The notes beneath the pieces are model-generated. The model had not been told where the DNA came from. It did not search any database and was given only the letters and a program-made list of their open reading frames with translations. From assembly GCA_003208875.1 (NCBI GenBank), contig QCUR01000001.1, positions 32,001-96,000 of the forward strand: a stretch of 64,000 nucleotides of DNA, read 5' to 3'. The stretch comes from Prochlorococcus sp. AG-679-M23 (GTDB lineage Bacteria > Cyanobacteriota > Cyanobacteriia > PCC-6307 > Cyanobiaceae). The position numbers were made by a program, and so were the translations under genes. Below, piece after piece: positions 49,715 to 59,698 of the stretch (position 1 is the first letter of the stretch; each line of letters opens with the position of its first letter).

Positions 49715-50821
49715 GTGGTTGATGGGATCAAGAATAAAGAATATTTACTTAGTCTAACCCTCAGACAACTGCGACAAGAAGCTAGTAAATTATCTGTCCC
49801 TTTATACAGTAGAAAGACAAAAGCTGTACTCATTGATCTCATTCATAAATATCAACAAAATTCTTCTAAAACCTACAATAAAACCTTACCAAAAAACTCT
49901 TCTCCAAAAATCTCTAATCTTTCTTCTCAATCAGCAAAAGAAGAAGTTTATACAAAACTAGTATTTTTGCCTAGAGACCCTGAATGGGCATATGTATTTT
50001 GGCAAATTTCAGAAAGTGATAGAGATAAAGCTCAGTCTTTAGGTGCTAATAAATTATGTCTACGTTTATATGACGCTTCAGGTATTGGTGAAGGGAATCT
50101 AAATCAAGGTACTTTAAGAGAAATTGCTGTAGATAGTCATAGTACCGAATGGTATTTGCCCATTCCTCTAGCGGATAGGGATTATAAGGTTGAATTGGGT
50201 TACAAATATGGCTTTAAATGGATGTCATTAGCTTTTTCCTCTGTAAGTCATGTACCAGGTACACAACCTTCAGAGCAGATTTTAGATAAATTTGTTCCTT
50301 TTAACTTAGACACTCCTTCATCATCTGAGCCTCCTTCGATTTTGAAAAGCCCAAAGGTACAAGAAGCTAATGGTTTGCATGAGCGCTTATACCAAGCAGC
50401 AACAAGTTTTCCTACAAGAAGAAAAGTAGGTTCTGAAGAATTCATGGAAAACATGAATTCAAAAAATTTAAACTCAAATCTCACTGATTCTGGTGCAGGA
50501 CAATGGTCTTCAGGCTTAAATGAATCTGGTAGTGGAATAGTTAAAAATAAATCTTTTTGGTTAGTTGCTGATTCGGAATTAATTGTTTATGGAGCAACAG
50601 ATCCATCTGCCAAATTAACTATTGGTGAAGAAGAAGTTCCTTTGGCTGCAGATGGTACTTTTAGGCTTCAAGTTCCTTTTAGGGATGGCTCTCAAAAATA
50701 CGAAATTAAAGCTGTTGATGCTTCTGGTGATCAAGAAAAAAGTATTACAATGAAATTCGATAGATTTACTCCTCTTGACGATACAAACGATAAAGATAAT
50801 GCTGAGACAGAATGGTTTTAA
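49715..50821 (+). CDS. DUF4912 protein with Rho-N-like N-terminal domain
   Basis: LTLRQLRQEAS..LYSRKTK; LPRDPEWAYVFW; FWLVADSELIVYGAT. Confidence 0.85.
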   Translation: MVDGIKNKEYLLSLTLRQLRQEASKLSVPLYSRKTKAVLIDLIHKYQQNSSKTYNKTLPKNSSPKISNLSSQSAKEEVYTKLVFLPRDPEWAYVFWQISESDRDKAQSLGANKLCLRLYDASGIGEGNLNQGTLREIAVDSHSTEWYLPIPLADRDYKVELGYKYGFKWMSLAFSSVSHVPGTQPSEQILDKFVPFNLDTPSSSEPPSILKSPKVQEANGLHERLYQAATSFPTRRKVGSEEFMENMNSKNLNSNLTDSGAGQWSSGLNESGSGIVKNKSFWLVADSELIVYGATDPSAKLTIGEEEVPLAADGTFRLQVPFRDGSQKYEIKAVDASGDQEKSITMKFDRFTPLDDTNDKDNAETEWF

Positions 50822-50833
50822 ATAAATAAATTA

Positions 50834-51004
50834 ATGCTAAAAAAATTTGTTGCTCTTACCCCTTTATTTGGAGCTTTAACTTTCCCTTTGATAGTTCCTA
50901 TTACAATTTCTAAATTTGGAGTCAATTATGGAATTCTAAGTGCATTAGTTGTTTCCTCCTTATGGTTTATCGCTATGTTAAGAACATCCGAAATGCCCCA
51001 TTAA
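50834..51004 (+). CDS. Small membrane protein (56 aa)
   Basis: MLKKFVALTPLFGALTFPLIVP...LWFIAMLRTSEMPH*; fills the gap before pgm. Confidence 0.7.
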   Translation: MLKKFVALTPLFGALTFPLIVPITISKFGVNYGILSALVVSSLWFIAMLRTSEMPH

Positions 51005-51037
51005 TTTAGTTAGATTTTTCTAAGTTTTATAGAATTT

Positions 51038-52675
51038 ATGCCTGAAGTTAATGTTATTAATATAATAAATCCTTTTCTAGATCAGAAACCAGGCACTTCT
51101 GGTTTAAGAAAAAGTACTTTGAAATTTCAAGAAGAGCATTACTTAGAAATATTTATAGAAGCAATTCTTAAATCACTTAAAAATCTCCGAGGGTCAACTT
51201 TAGTTGTCGGTGGGGATGGTAGATATGGGAATATCGAAGCAATCAAGAAGATTATCCAAATATGCGTAGCTCATAAAGTTGGAAAAATTATTATTCCAAA
51301 AAGTGGTTTATTATCTACGCCTGCAGCATCTCATTTGATTAGAAAAGAAGAGGCTCTTGGAGGAATTATTCTTTCGGCAAGTCATAATCCTGGTGGTATT
51401 GACGGGGATTTCGGAATTAAATTAAACACTGCTAATGGTGGGCCTGCTTCTGAGTCAATTACAAATCAAATATTCGAATATTCTCAATCACTTAAGAGTT
51501 ACAAAATTAGCAATATTAAAATCCCAGACTTAGATAAATTTGGTGTATTCTCGTTTGGTGAAACTTCATTAGAAATAATTGATGGATTAAAGGATTATTC
51601 AAATTTAATGGAGAATATTTTTGATTTAGATCAAATAAGTGATTTTTTGAAAAAGGATTTCTCTTTAATTTTTGATGCAATGAATGCAGTTACTGGTCCA
51701 TATGCAAAAAATATTTTTGTTGAAAAAATGGGTCTCATAGATGATTGTGTCATGAATGGAATACCCCTAGAGGATTTTGGAGGTTTACATCCTGATCCAA
51801 ATCTTACTTATGCGTCTAAATTGGCTGATTTATTATTAGTTAAAAAAGCTTATAGTTTTGGGGCTGCATGTGATGGTGATGGTGATAGAAATATGATCTT
51901 AGGTCAGGGATGTTTTGTAAATCCGAGTGATAGTCTGGCAGTTATTACTGCTAATACAAATTGTGTGCCAGGATATAAAGATGGTATTGCTGGTGTTGCA
52001 CGATCTATGCCTACGAGTTCAGCAGTAGACTTTGTTGCTAGTGCTTTAAATATTCCTTGTTTTGAGACACCAACTGGATGGAAATTTTTTGGAAATCTTT
52101 TAGACTCTAATTTAATCACTATTTGTGGAGAGGAAAGCTTTGGAACTGGTAGTAATCATGTCAGAGAAAAAGATGGCTTATGGGCGGTTTTATATTGGTT
52201 ACAAATTTTAGCTGTAAAAAATTGTTCAGTTAGTGAATTAATTCAAAACCACTGGAAACAATATGGAAGAAATTATTATTCAAGGCATGATTATGAAGCT
52301 ATTCCTTCTACTATTGCAAATCAAATATTCAATAATTTATCTTCTATGCTTCCAAGTTTAAAAAACAGTAGGTTTGCTGGAAATCTAGTAAAACAAGCAG
52401 ATAACTTTGAATATTTAGATCCAGTAGATAATTCTATTAGTAAAAATCAAGGATTAAGAATCATACTCGAGGATAATTCCAGAGTAATCTTACGTTTGTC
52501 AGGTACTGGTACAAAAGGTTCAACTTTAAGATTATATTTCGAAAAATTTGCAAGTTCTCAAAATAATTTAGCTTTAAATCCTCAAATTGCTCTAAAAGCT
52601 TTAATTAATGATTTAGATCATTTATTAAATATTTCAAAACTTACTAAAATGGAAAAACCTACTGTTATTACATAA
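51038..52675 (+). CDS. pgm: Phosphoglucomutase
   Basis: DQKPGTSGLRK, SASHNPGG, DGDGDRN, GEESFG. Confidence 0.96.
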   Translation: MPEVNVINIINPFLDQKPGTSGLRKSTLKFQEEHYLEIFIEAILKSLKNLRGSTLVVGGDGRYGNIEAIKKIIQICVAHKVGKIIIPKSGLLSTPAASHLIRKEEALGGIILSASHNPGGIDGDFGIKLNTANGGPASESITNQIFEYSQSLKSYKISNIKIPDLDKFGVFSFGETSLEIIDGLKDYSNLMENIFDLDQISDFLKKDFSLIFDAMNAVTGPYAKNIFVEKMGLIDDCVMNGIPLEDFGGLHPDPNLTYASKLADLLLVKKAYSFGAACDGDGDRNMILGQGCFVNPSDSLAVITANTNCVPGYKDGIAGVARSMPTSSAVDFVASALNIPCFETPTGWKFFGNLLDSNLITICGEESFGTGSNHVREKDGLWAVLYWLQILAVKNCSVSELIQNHWKQYGRNYYSRHDYEAIPSTIANQIFNNLSSMLPSLKNSRFAGNLVKQADNFEYLDPVDNSISKNQGLRIILEDNSRVILRLSGTGTKGSTLRLYFEKFASSQNNLALNPQIALKALINDLDHLLNISKLTKMEKPTVIT

Positions 52676-52709
52676 TTTTTAAAGTGATTTATTTGTTAGA
52701 TTAAAAAAT

Positions 52710-53999
52710 ATGGAGTCAGATAATTTATTTAGTAATAGTTATCGATTACAAAGTAACGCGCCATTAGCTGATAAATTAAGACCAAAAAACTTAGATGACT
52801 TTTTCGGTCAAGAATCTATCTTAGGAAATAATTCTTTATTGAGAAATTCAATCTTGAATGACAAGGTTGGTAATATTATTTTTTCTGGACCACCTGGTGT
52901 AGGTAAAACAACTTTAATTGAGATTATATCTTCTAATACTCGTTCCTCTTTAATTAAGTTGAATGCTGTTTTGTCTAGTATTAAGGAGTTAAGAACTGAG
53001 ATTGCTAATGCGAAGGAAAGGTTAATTAGTACAAATAGGAAAACAATTTTATTTATTGATGAGGTACATAGATTCACCTCAGTCCAACAAGATGCTTTGT
53101 TGCCCTCAATTGAAAATGGCACCATTACTTTTATTGGTGCTACTACAGAAAACCCTTTCTTTGCAGTAAATAAAGCTCTAATTAGTAGATCTCGTATTTT
53201 CTCATTACATCCTCTAAATAAAAATGATTTGAAGAAAATAATTGAAAAAGTAATAAATTATTACTCTTGCCTTCAAGATTCCAAAGCTATTGAAATCAAA
53301 GAAGAGGCAATGAATCATTTAATAAAATTTTCTGGAGGGGATGCCAGGAATCTCATAAACGCTTTAGAGTTTAGTATAAGTATTACCAAGGAAAATAAAG
53401 AAAATATAGTTGTTATTGATCTTCCAATAGCTGAAGATTCAATCCAAAAGAAAAATATTGTATACGACAAAAATGGACAAAACCATTTTGATGTTATTAG
53501 TGCATTTATAAAATCTATTAGAGGTTCAGACCCAGATGCGACTTTATATTGGCTTGCCAATATGGTAGAAGCTGGTGAAGATCCAAATTTTATTTTTAGA
53601 AGACTTTTGATTTCTGCTTGTGAGGATATAGGTCTTGCAGATCCTAATGCAATAGTTGTTGTGCAATCATGTTGTGATGCTTTTGATCGAGTTGGTTTCC
53701 CTGAAGGATTATTTTTTCTTTCACAAGCTTCTTTATATTTAGCAATTTCTCCAAAAAGTAATAGTACCAAATCAGTTTTTAAAGCGGTAGAAGCAATTAA
53801 GGCTACTCGTTTATCTTTAGTTCCCAATCATCTGAAAAATAATGCTAGTAATTACTTAAATCCACATAATTATCAAGGGAAGTGGTTGCAACAAGAATAT
53901 CTGCCAAAAGATTTAAAAGGAATGAAGTTTTGGAAACCAAAAGATTCTGGATGGGAAAAAAATAAATATGAGGATTTACAAAAAAAACAAAAAAGTTAG
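52710..53999 (+). CDS. rarA: Replication-associated recombination AAA+ ATPase RarA/MgsA
   Basis: PLADKLRP, GPPGVGKTT, IDEVHRF, ATTENP, SIRGSDPD. Confidence 0.92.
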   Translation: MESDNLFSNSYRLQSNAPLADKLRPKNLDDFFGQESILGNNSLLRNSILNDKVGNIIFSGPPGVGKTTLIEIISSNTRSSLIKLNAVLSSIKELRTEIANAKERLISTNRKTILFIDEVHRFTSVQQDALLPSIENGTITFIGATTENPFFAVNKALISRSRIFSLHPLNKNDLKKIIEKVINYYSCLQDSKAIEIKEEAMNHLIKFSGGDARNLINALEFSISITKENKENIVVIDLPIAEDSIQKKNIVYDKNGQNHFDVISAFIKSIRGSDPDATLYWLANMVEAGEDPNFIFRRLLISACEDIGLADPNAIVVVQSCCDAFDRVGFPEGLFFLSQASLYLAISPKSNSTKSVFKAVEAIKATRLSLVPNHLKNNASNYLNPHNYQGKWLQQEYLPKDLKGMKFWKPKDSGWEKNKYEDLQKKQKS

Positions 54000-54652
54000 A
54001 CCATTTTTGAGCTGCAAATAATATTAGGTATAAAGCGACAGGTATCTTTATAAGCTAAAGAGATAGTCCATTTATATAAATTAATTTGGGTAAATTTTAA
54101 CTTCAGTTTCTTCTTTTTATGAAATAGGATTTTGTCATTCTCAGAATATTGCCATTCTTTTATGTCTTCAGCTAACTTGCCATGGTCCCATTTTATGGCG
54201 GCCTCAACTGCACACCATTGATTTAAGATGGTTTTTTTACATGATTCGTTCTTAGTATTTGAACTATTAGATTTGAAGAAATATTTTTTTGCTAATTTCG
54301 TATAATTGAAATCTCTATCAAGTCTCTCAATATCAATCCCAATTTTTTTTTCATGCCAAACTAATATAATTGCATCATCGCAATGACTAAAACTACAATA
54401 CCCCATCCCTTTTGGTAATTCAGGAGGTTCTCCTGGATTTGCAATTAAGGGTACCTCTAATGGATTTAAATTGAACAGATTTCCCAAACATTGTCTTGTA
54501 TAAGCTCTGCTTTCTAAAAAAATATTTGCTCTAGGTCTAGAAAGCTTTTTTGCGATTTCAAGTTCTTTCAGTGTTGCGACATCTTGTACACCTTTTATCT
54601 CATGAAACCAGATTTTTGGTATTTTATATTCATAGTTATTTAATAATGTCAA
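53996..54652 (-). CDS. 4'-phosphopantetheinyl transferase (Sfp/HetI-like)
   Basis: SFSH, IGIDIE, WCAVEAAIK; start uncertain. Confidence 0.85.
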   Translation of the reverse strand: MTLLNNYEYKIPKIWFHEIKGVQDVATLKELEIAKKLSRPRANIFLESRAYTRQCLGNLFNLNPLEVPLIANPGEPPELPKGMGYCSFSHCDDAIILVWHEKKIGIDIERLDRDFNYTKLAKKYFFKSNSSNTKNESCKKTILNQWCAVEAAIKWDHGKLAEDIKEWQYSENDKILFHKKKKLKLKFTQINLYKWTISLAYKDTCRFIPNIICSSKMV

Positions 54653-55119
54653 TGGCTCTTAAGGTTGGTGATAAAGCACCAGAATTTAATTTAAAAGACT
54701 CTTTTGAAAAAGATGTATCTTTAAAAGATTTTAAAGGTAAAAGAATAATACTATATTTTTATCCAAAAGATAATACTCCAGGATGTACTAAGGAGGCTTG
54801 TAATTTTAAAGAAAATTGGGATTTACTTAAGGAAAATAACTTCGTAGTTCTGGGAATTAGTAAAGATAGCGCTGCTTCACATCAGAAATTCATTGAAAAA
54901 TTTGACTTACCTTTTGTTCTTTTGACTGATCCTGAACCTTATAAAACATCTTCTGATTATGATAGTTATGGCCTTAAAAAATTTATGGGAAAGGAATATA
55001 TGGGAATGATGAGAAATACTTTTTTAATTGATGTTGATGGTAAAGTCGAAAAAATTTACTTTAAGGTTAAAGCAGCTATTATGGCAGACCATATTATTTC
55101 AGATTTAGGATTAAGGTAA
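54652..55119 (+). CDS. bcp: Peroxiredoxin Bcp/PrxQ
   Basis: YFYPKDNTPGCTKEAC; start taken at ATG 54652 (54646 possible). Confidence 0.93.
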   Translation: MALKVGDKAPEFNLKDSFEKDVSLKDFKGKRIILYFYPKDNTPGCTKEACNFKENWDLLKENNFVVLGISKDSAASHQKFIEKFDLPFVLLTDPEPYKTSSDYDSYGLKKFMGKEYMGMMRNTFLIDVDGKVEKIYFKVKAAIMADHIISDLGLR

Positions 55120-55124
55120 ATATT

Positions 55125-55805
55125 CTAATGATTGAAGTGTGTGATCATACCTTGCATAACTAAATTAGGGGCGATAATAATTTCTTCTTTTTTTTGCTTT
55201 AATAGACTACCAATTAATTCAGAGTCGCCTCCGCACATAATCAAAATATCCTTAGTAGGGTTAAATGATAAATTAATCACACCCATTAGAGAGTTAGATA
55301 CTCCTTTTAACATTGAATCTTCTGTATTAATTAAAAAATCTTGAAGAGGAATATCATATTTTTTAGGAGCTTCGAGATTCTTGGTGTATTTCTCCATAGA
55401 TTTTAGCTGTGTCAGAAAACCAGGTGTTATTTGCCCACCGATAATAGAACCTTGTGCAGTTAACTTCGTAAGAGACATAGTTGTTCCAAAATCTGCTATT
55501 AATAATTCTTTTCTGGATGGGTTATCTATTATTCTTAAAGCTTCCAAACAACCAAGAGCTCTATCAACCCCAAAATGATTTGGAAGGTTTTTTAATTTAA
55601 TATCTTGAGTTGAGATTCTATTTTCTTGCTTAAGACACAAATCTGGTAATTCCCCTACTGATGCCCAAATTAAATTATTTAAATTGATATTTTGAGGCAT
55701 ATTATTATTTTTTTGTGTGTGAAAAAACTTATACTTTGTTTGTAAATTTTCTGCCCAGTGAAGCCTGCTATTGCCAACTAAAAGGAAATTAATATCATCG
55801 ATCAT
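55125..55805 (-). CDS. coaX: Type III pantothenate kinase
   Basis: VGNS, GVDR, DFGT, GGQITPG, GGD motifs. Confidence 0.88.
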   Translation of the reverse strand: MIDDINFLLVGNSRLHWAENLQTKYKFFHTQKNNNMPQNINLNNLIWASVGELPDLCLKQENRISTQDIKLKNLPNHFGVDRALGCLEALRIIDNPSRKELLIADFGTTMSLTKLTAQGSIIGGQITPGFLTQLKSMEKYTKNLEAPKKYDIPLQDFLINTEDSMLKGVSNSLMGVINLSFNPTKDILIMCGGDSELIGSLLKQKKEEIIIAPNLVMQGMITHFNH

Positions 55806-55822
55806 AGTCCTGAAAGAAAAAT

Positions 55823-56545
55823 TTAATTTTCAGTATGGATTCCACATTCTTGCTTCATCCCGCCAAATCTTGTTGTCCTGCCCTCGTTATCAATACTTTC
55901 AGGAGAACTGGAATGCCAATCTCCAACAGTTGAATAACCTTTTGAGAAAAGTGGATGTGACGGTAATTGATTTTCTTTCATGTAATAAAAAATATCTTTG
56001 TTTTTCCAGTTGAGTAAGGGCCTTAAAGCAAGTCGTTTGCGTATTACGTCAACAAAATTCATTTTATTCCTATTATTCGTTTGTTCCGATCTCACACCGC
56101 TAGCCCAGCAGATTATGTCGTGTTTATCTAAAGCATTTTCTAAAGGTTTAATTTTTCTTATGTCATGGTATTTATCTAAATCACTAGATTTATTAGTTTC
56201 CCAAAGTTTTCCATAAAGGGATTCCATTCTTGCTGGAGATAGCTCACTTTGTAAAACCTCAATTTCTAAAGATAAATCATTAATTAGTCTCTCTGCATAC
56301 TTATAAGTCTCTGAGGGTAAGTAACCTGTGTCTATCCAAAAAATTTTAATTTTTTTTTCTAGTGAGTATTTATGCACCATATGTAAAATAACTGATGACT
56401 GTATCCCAAAGCTTGTTGTAATAGCAAAGTGATTATCAAAGTTTTTATAACCCCATAATATTATTTCTTTGGGGGTCATATCTTTTAATTTTTTATTATG
56501 TTCTTCTAAATTAAGTTGAATACTTTCTAGCGTTTTCTCAATCAT
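55823..56545 (-). CDS. cysH: Phosphoadenosine phosphosulfate reductase
   Basis: TSFG, DTGYL, GYSTVGD, ECGIH. Confidence 0.95.
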   Translation of the reverse strand: MIEKTLESIQLNLEEHNKKLKDMTPKEIILWGYKNFDNHFAITTSFGIQSSVILHMVHKYSLEKKIKIFWIDTGYLPSETYKYAERLINDLSLEIEVLQSELSPARMESLYGKLWETNKSSDLDKYHDIRKIKPLENALDKHDIICWASGVRSEQTNNRNKMNFVDVIRKRLALRPLLNWKNKDIFYYMKENQLPSHPLFSKGYSTVGDWHSSSPESIDNEGRTTRFGGMKQECGIHTEN

Positions 56546-56640
56546 TATCAAAGGTAGTTAGGGATTAGAGGTTATTTCGCTCAGTTTGAATATTATTCGT
56601 TTAATTTAATAATACATTTAGGTTTAACAATATATCCTTC

Positions 56641-57825
56641 ATGAAATCAATAAAAAAACCAATAGTAATAGTTGGCGCAGGCTTTGGAGGTATGACAGTT
56701 GCTTCAAACTTAAAAAGACTTAATCCTTCTTTGCCAATCCTAGTCGTTGATTCTGAAGCAAACTTTATATTTAAACCTTTAATGTATGAAGTTTTAAGCG
56801 AAGAATTATCAATTTGGGAGACTGCTCCTGAATTTTCAAATATATTTTCAAATTTAGGTATTACTTTTCTAAGAAATTGTTTAACTAAAATTAGATTTGA
56901 TGAAAAGATTCTCGAATTTAGTGATGGTTTAAATATAGGTTATGAATGTTTGATTCTTTGTACAGGATCCTTATCTAGTAATTTTTCAGTGAAAGGCGTA
57001 GATGAAAATTGTTATTTTTTTAATAATTTAAATGATCTAAAAAAATTAAAGTCGTTTTTACAAAAATTTCAGAATGACAAAATTAAGAGAAACTTATTTG
57101 TAATTGGAGCTGGTCCTTCTGGGGTAGAGATCGCATGCAAAATTAATGATGTATATAAAAATAAATTTGATATAAGTATTGTTGAAAAGTCTAATGAAAT
57201 TTTAGGTCGAAATAAGATTTTTAATCGAGAAGAAGCGGAGAAAGCTTTAGAAAGAAGAGAAATAAATGTTCTTTTAAATTCAACTGTTCAAGAAATTTCT
57301 GATCAAAAAATTAGTATTTTGGATGATTCTGAGATTAAAGACTTAGATCAAGATGTTGTGATCTGGACAGCTGGGGTCAAACCTAACCTTCCATACATTG
57401 ATGAACAAGTCACACAAAAAGACGGAAGAATTCTCGTGAATGAAAATTTTCAGATAGATAATTATGTAAACTCTTTTGCTATTGGAGATATTGCAATCGT
57501 TAAAAGTATGGAGGATTTGCCTTTGACCGCTCAAGTTGCCATGCAACAAGGAAATCATCTTGCTAAAAATATCGAATTACTCTTTCAAGAAAAAGAGCTT
57601 TTACCTTTTGATTTTGAGGACAATGGTGAAATGATTAGTTTAGGAATTGGTGAAGCATCCATTTCTGCTTTAGGTGTAACTTTATCGGGTAAATTAGCAT
57701 TTGAAGCAAGAAGATTGATTTATGCTTCAAAAATGCCTGATATTAGTAAAAGCTTAAAATCTACCGCTTCTTGGTTATTTCAAAAAAAATCTACTATAAA
57801 TAACCTTATCAATAAAAAACCATAA
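56641..57825 (+). CDS. Type II NADH dehydrogenase-like FAD oxidoreductase
   Basis: GAGFGG, GAGPSGVE, WTAG, AIGD, TAQVAMQQG. Confidence 0.9.
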   Translation: MKSIKKPIVIVGAGFGGMTVASNLKRLNPSLPILVVDSEANFIFKPLMYEVLSEELSIWETAPEFSNIFSNLGITFLRNCLTKIRFDEKILEFSDGLNIGYECLILCTGSLSSNFSVKGVDENCYFFNNLNDLKKLKSFLQKFQNDKIKRNLFVIGAGPSGVEIACKINDVYKNKFDISIVEKSNEILGRNKIFNREEAEKALERREINVLLNSTVQEISDQKISILDDSEIKDLDQDVVIWTAGVKPNLPYIDEQVTQKDGRILVNENFQIDNYVNSFAIGDIAIVKSMEDLPLTAQVAMQQGNHLAKNIELLFQEKELLPFDFEDNGEMISLGIGEASISALGVTLSGKLAFEARRLIYASKMPDISKSLKSTASWLFQKKSTINNLINKKP

Positions 57826-57884
57826 ACAAGTTTAAACTCTTGTGACCTATTGTTTATAGGTATATTGAGTTAAATAAGTTTGAT

Positions 57885-59693
57885 ATGAATCTGATTTCTT
57901 TTTTTAGTAATAATTTAGATGCACTAATAACAGTATTAGTTTTATTTCTGTCATTAATTTTATTTATAAGAAATACTATAGCTCCTGAATTAACTGGTTT
58001 ATTATGCGTTGGAATATTTATTGTCACTGGAGTTCTAACCCCTGAAAAAGCCTTATCTGGATTTGGAAGCCCATCTTTAATCACTTTGATGGGTTTATTC
58101 GCAGTCTCATCTGCATTATTTAAAAGTGGTGCGTTAGACAGAGTAAGGGAACTTATATCTTCTGAAAATATTAAAACACCTAGAAAATTAATTTTACTTA
58201 TAACTTTTTTAATAGCTCCAATATCTGGAATCGTTCCTAATACGCCAGTTGTAGCATCCCTTTTGCCTTTAATTGAAGGCTGGTGTGAACGACGAAATAT
58301 TTCACCTTCCAAAGTCCTTTTACCTTTATCTTTTGCAACTCTATTAGGAGGAACACTTACATTATTAGGTAGCTCAGTAAATCTGCTAGTAAGTGATATT
58401 AGTCAGCAATTAGGCTATGGGTCTCTTGAATTATTTAGCTTGACTTCAATAGGGATTCCAGTTTGGTTAATAGGCACAACATATATGATCTTAGTCTCTG
58501 ACGTTCTTTTGCCTGATAGAGGAAGAAATAAAGATTTTATTAAAAATGGTAATATGAATATCTATTTTACAGAAGTTACCATTCCTTCTTCCTCCGAATT
58601 AGTTGGCCAATCAGTAAGAAATAGTAGATTACAAAGAAGATTTGATGTTGATGTTCTTGAGTTGCAAAGAAACGGAAAAGTAATATTACCTCCTCTTGCA
58701 GATCGTAAATTTGAGCCTGAAGATAGATTGATAGTACGTGTTACGAGGGCGGATTTATTACGATTACAACAAGAACATACAATTTTGTTAGCTGAAAATA
58801 AGAGATCTATTGTCGGTACAAATCTTCTCTCTAATGAAGAAGGTACCAAAACTTTCGAGGCTTTGCTCCCTTCAGGATCAACTTTAGCAGGAGCAAGCTT
58901 GAGAGAACTTAGATTTAGGCAACGTCATAATGCCACAGTTTTAGCCCTCAGAAGAGGACAACAAACTGTTCAGGAAAGATTAGGTCAAGCCGTTTTAAGA
59001 GCAGGAGATGTTTTGTTACTTCAGGCACCTTTAGACTCAATAAGAGGTCTGCAAGCAAGTAACGACTTATTAATTTTAGATCAATTTGAAGATGATTTAC
59101 CATTTTTAATTAGAAAACCAATTGCAATTGCAATTGCAATTGGTATGGTTCTCTTGCCTTCTCTAACTAGTATTCCATTAGTAGGGTCAGTTCTTTTAGC
59201 AGTTATAGCGATGGTTGCTTTTGGATGTTTGCGTCCTGCAGAAATACAAAGGTCAATTAGGTTAGATATTATTTTATTATTAGGTTCACTATCAAGCTTC
59301 AGTGTAGCTATGCAAGTCACTGGATTGGCAGATCTAATAGCCATAAATTTGGATTTTGTCCTAAGTGGAATGCCACTCTATTTTGCTTTAATAGTAATTT
59401 TTATATCTACTGTAATACTTACTCAATTTATAAGTAACGCTGCTTCTGTCGCGTTGATATTGCCTGTAGCTATTCAGTTTTCAAGCGTTCTAGGGATCTC
59501 ACCAAATGCCCTGATAATGCTTGTATTGTTCGGTGCAAGTCAATCATTCTTAACTCCAATGGGTTATCAAACAAATTTAATGGTTTATGGACCTGGGAGA
59601 TATAGATTTTTTGATATTGCAAAATATGGGGCGGGTTTAACACTTATAATGTCTTTGATTGTACCAGCTTTGATAATTTTAAATTTTAAATAA
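57885..59693 (+). CDS. SLC13/DASS family permease with TrkA-C domains
   Basis: Multi-TM protein; GGTLTLLGSS, TPMGYQTN. Confidence 0.9.
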   Translation: MNLISFFSNNLDALITVLVLFLSLILFIRNTIAPELTGLLCVGIFIVTGVLTPEKALSGFGSPSLITLMGLFAVSSALFKSGALDRVRELISSENIKTPRKLILLITFLIAPISGIVPNTPVVASLLPLIEGWCERRNISPSKVLLPLSFATLLGGTLTLLGSSVNLLVSDISQQLGYGSLELFSLTSIGIPVWLIGTTYMILVSDVLLPDRGRNKDFIKNGNMNIYFTEVTIPSSSELVGQSVRNSRLQRRFDVDVLELQRNGKVILPPLADRKFEPEDRLIVRVTRADLLRLQQEHTILLAENKRSIVGTNLLSNEEGTKTFEALLPSGSTLAGASLRELRFRQRHNATVLALRRGQQTVQERLGQAVLRAGDVLLLQAPLDSIRGLQASNDLLILDQFEDDLPFLIRKPIAIAIAIGMVLLPSLTSIPLVGSVLLAVIAMVAFGCLRPAEIQRSIRLDIILLLGSLSSFSVAMQVTGLADLIAINLDFVLSGMPLYFALIVIFISTVILTQFISNAASVALILPVAIQFSSVLGISPNALIMLVLFGASQSFLTPMGYQTNLMVYGPGRYRFFDIAKYGAGLTLIMSLIVPALIILNFK

Positions 59694-59698
59694 ATAAA

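Noticed and set aside
54550..54645. N-terminal extension of the bcp ORF
   Set aside because: Lies within the opposite-strand PPTase gene; Bcp homology starts at MALKVGD
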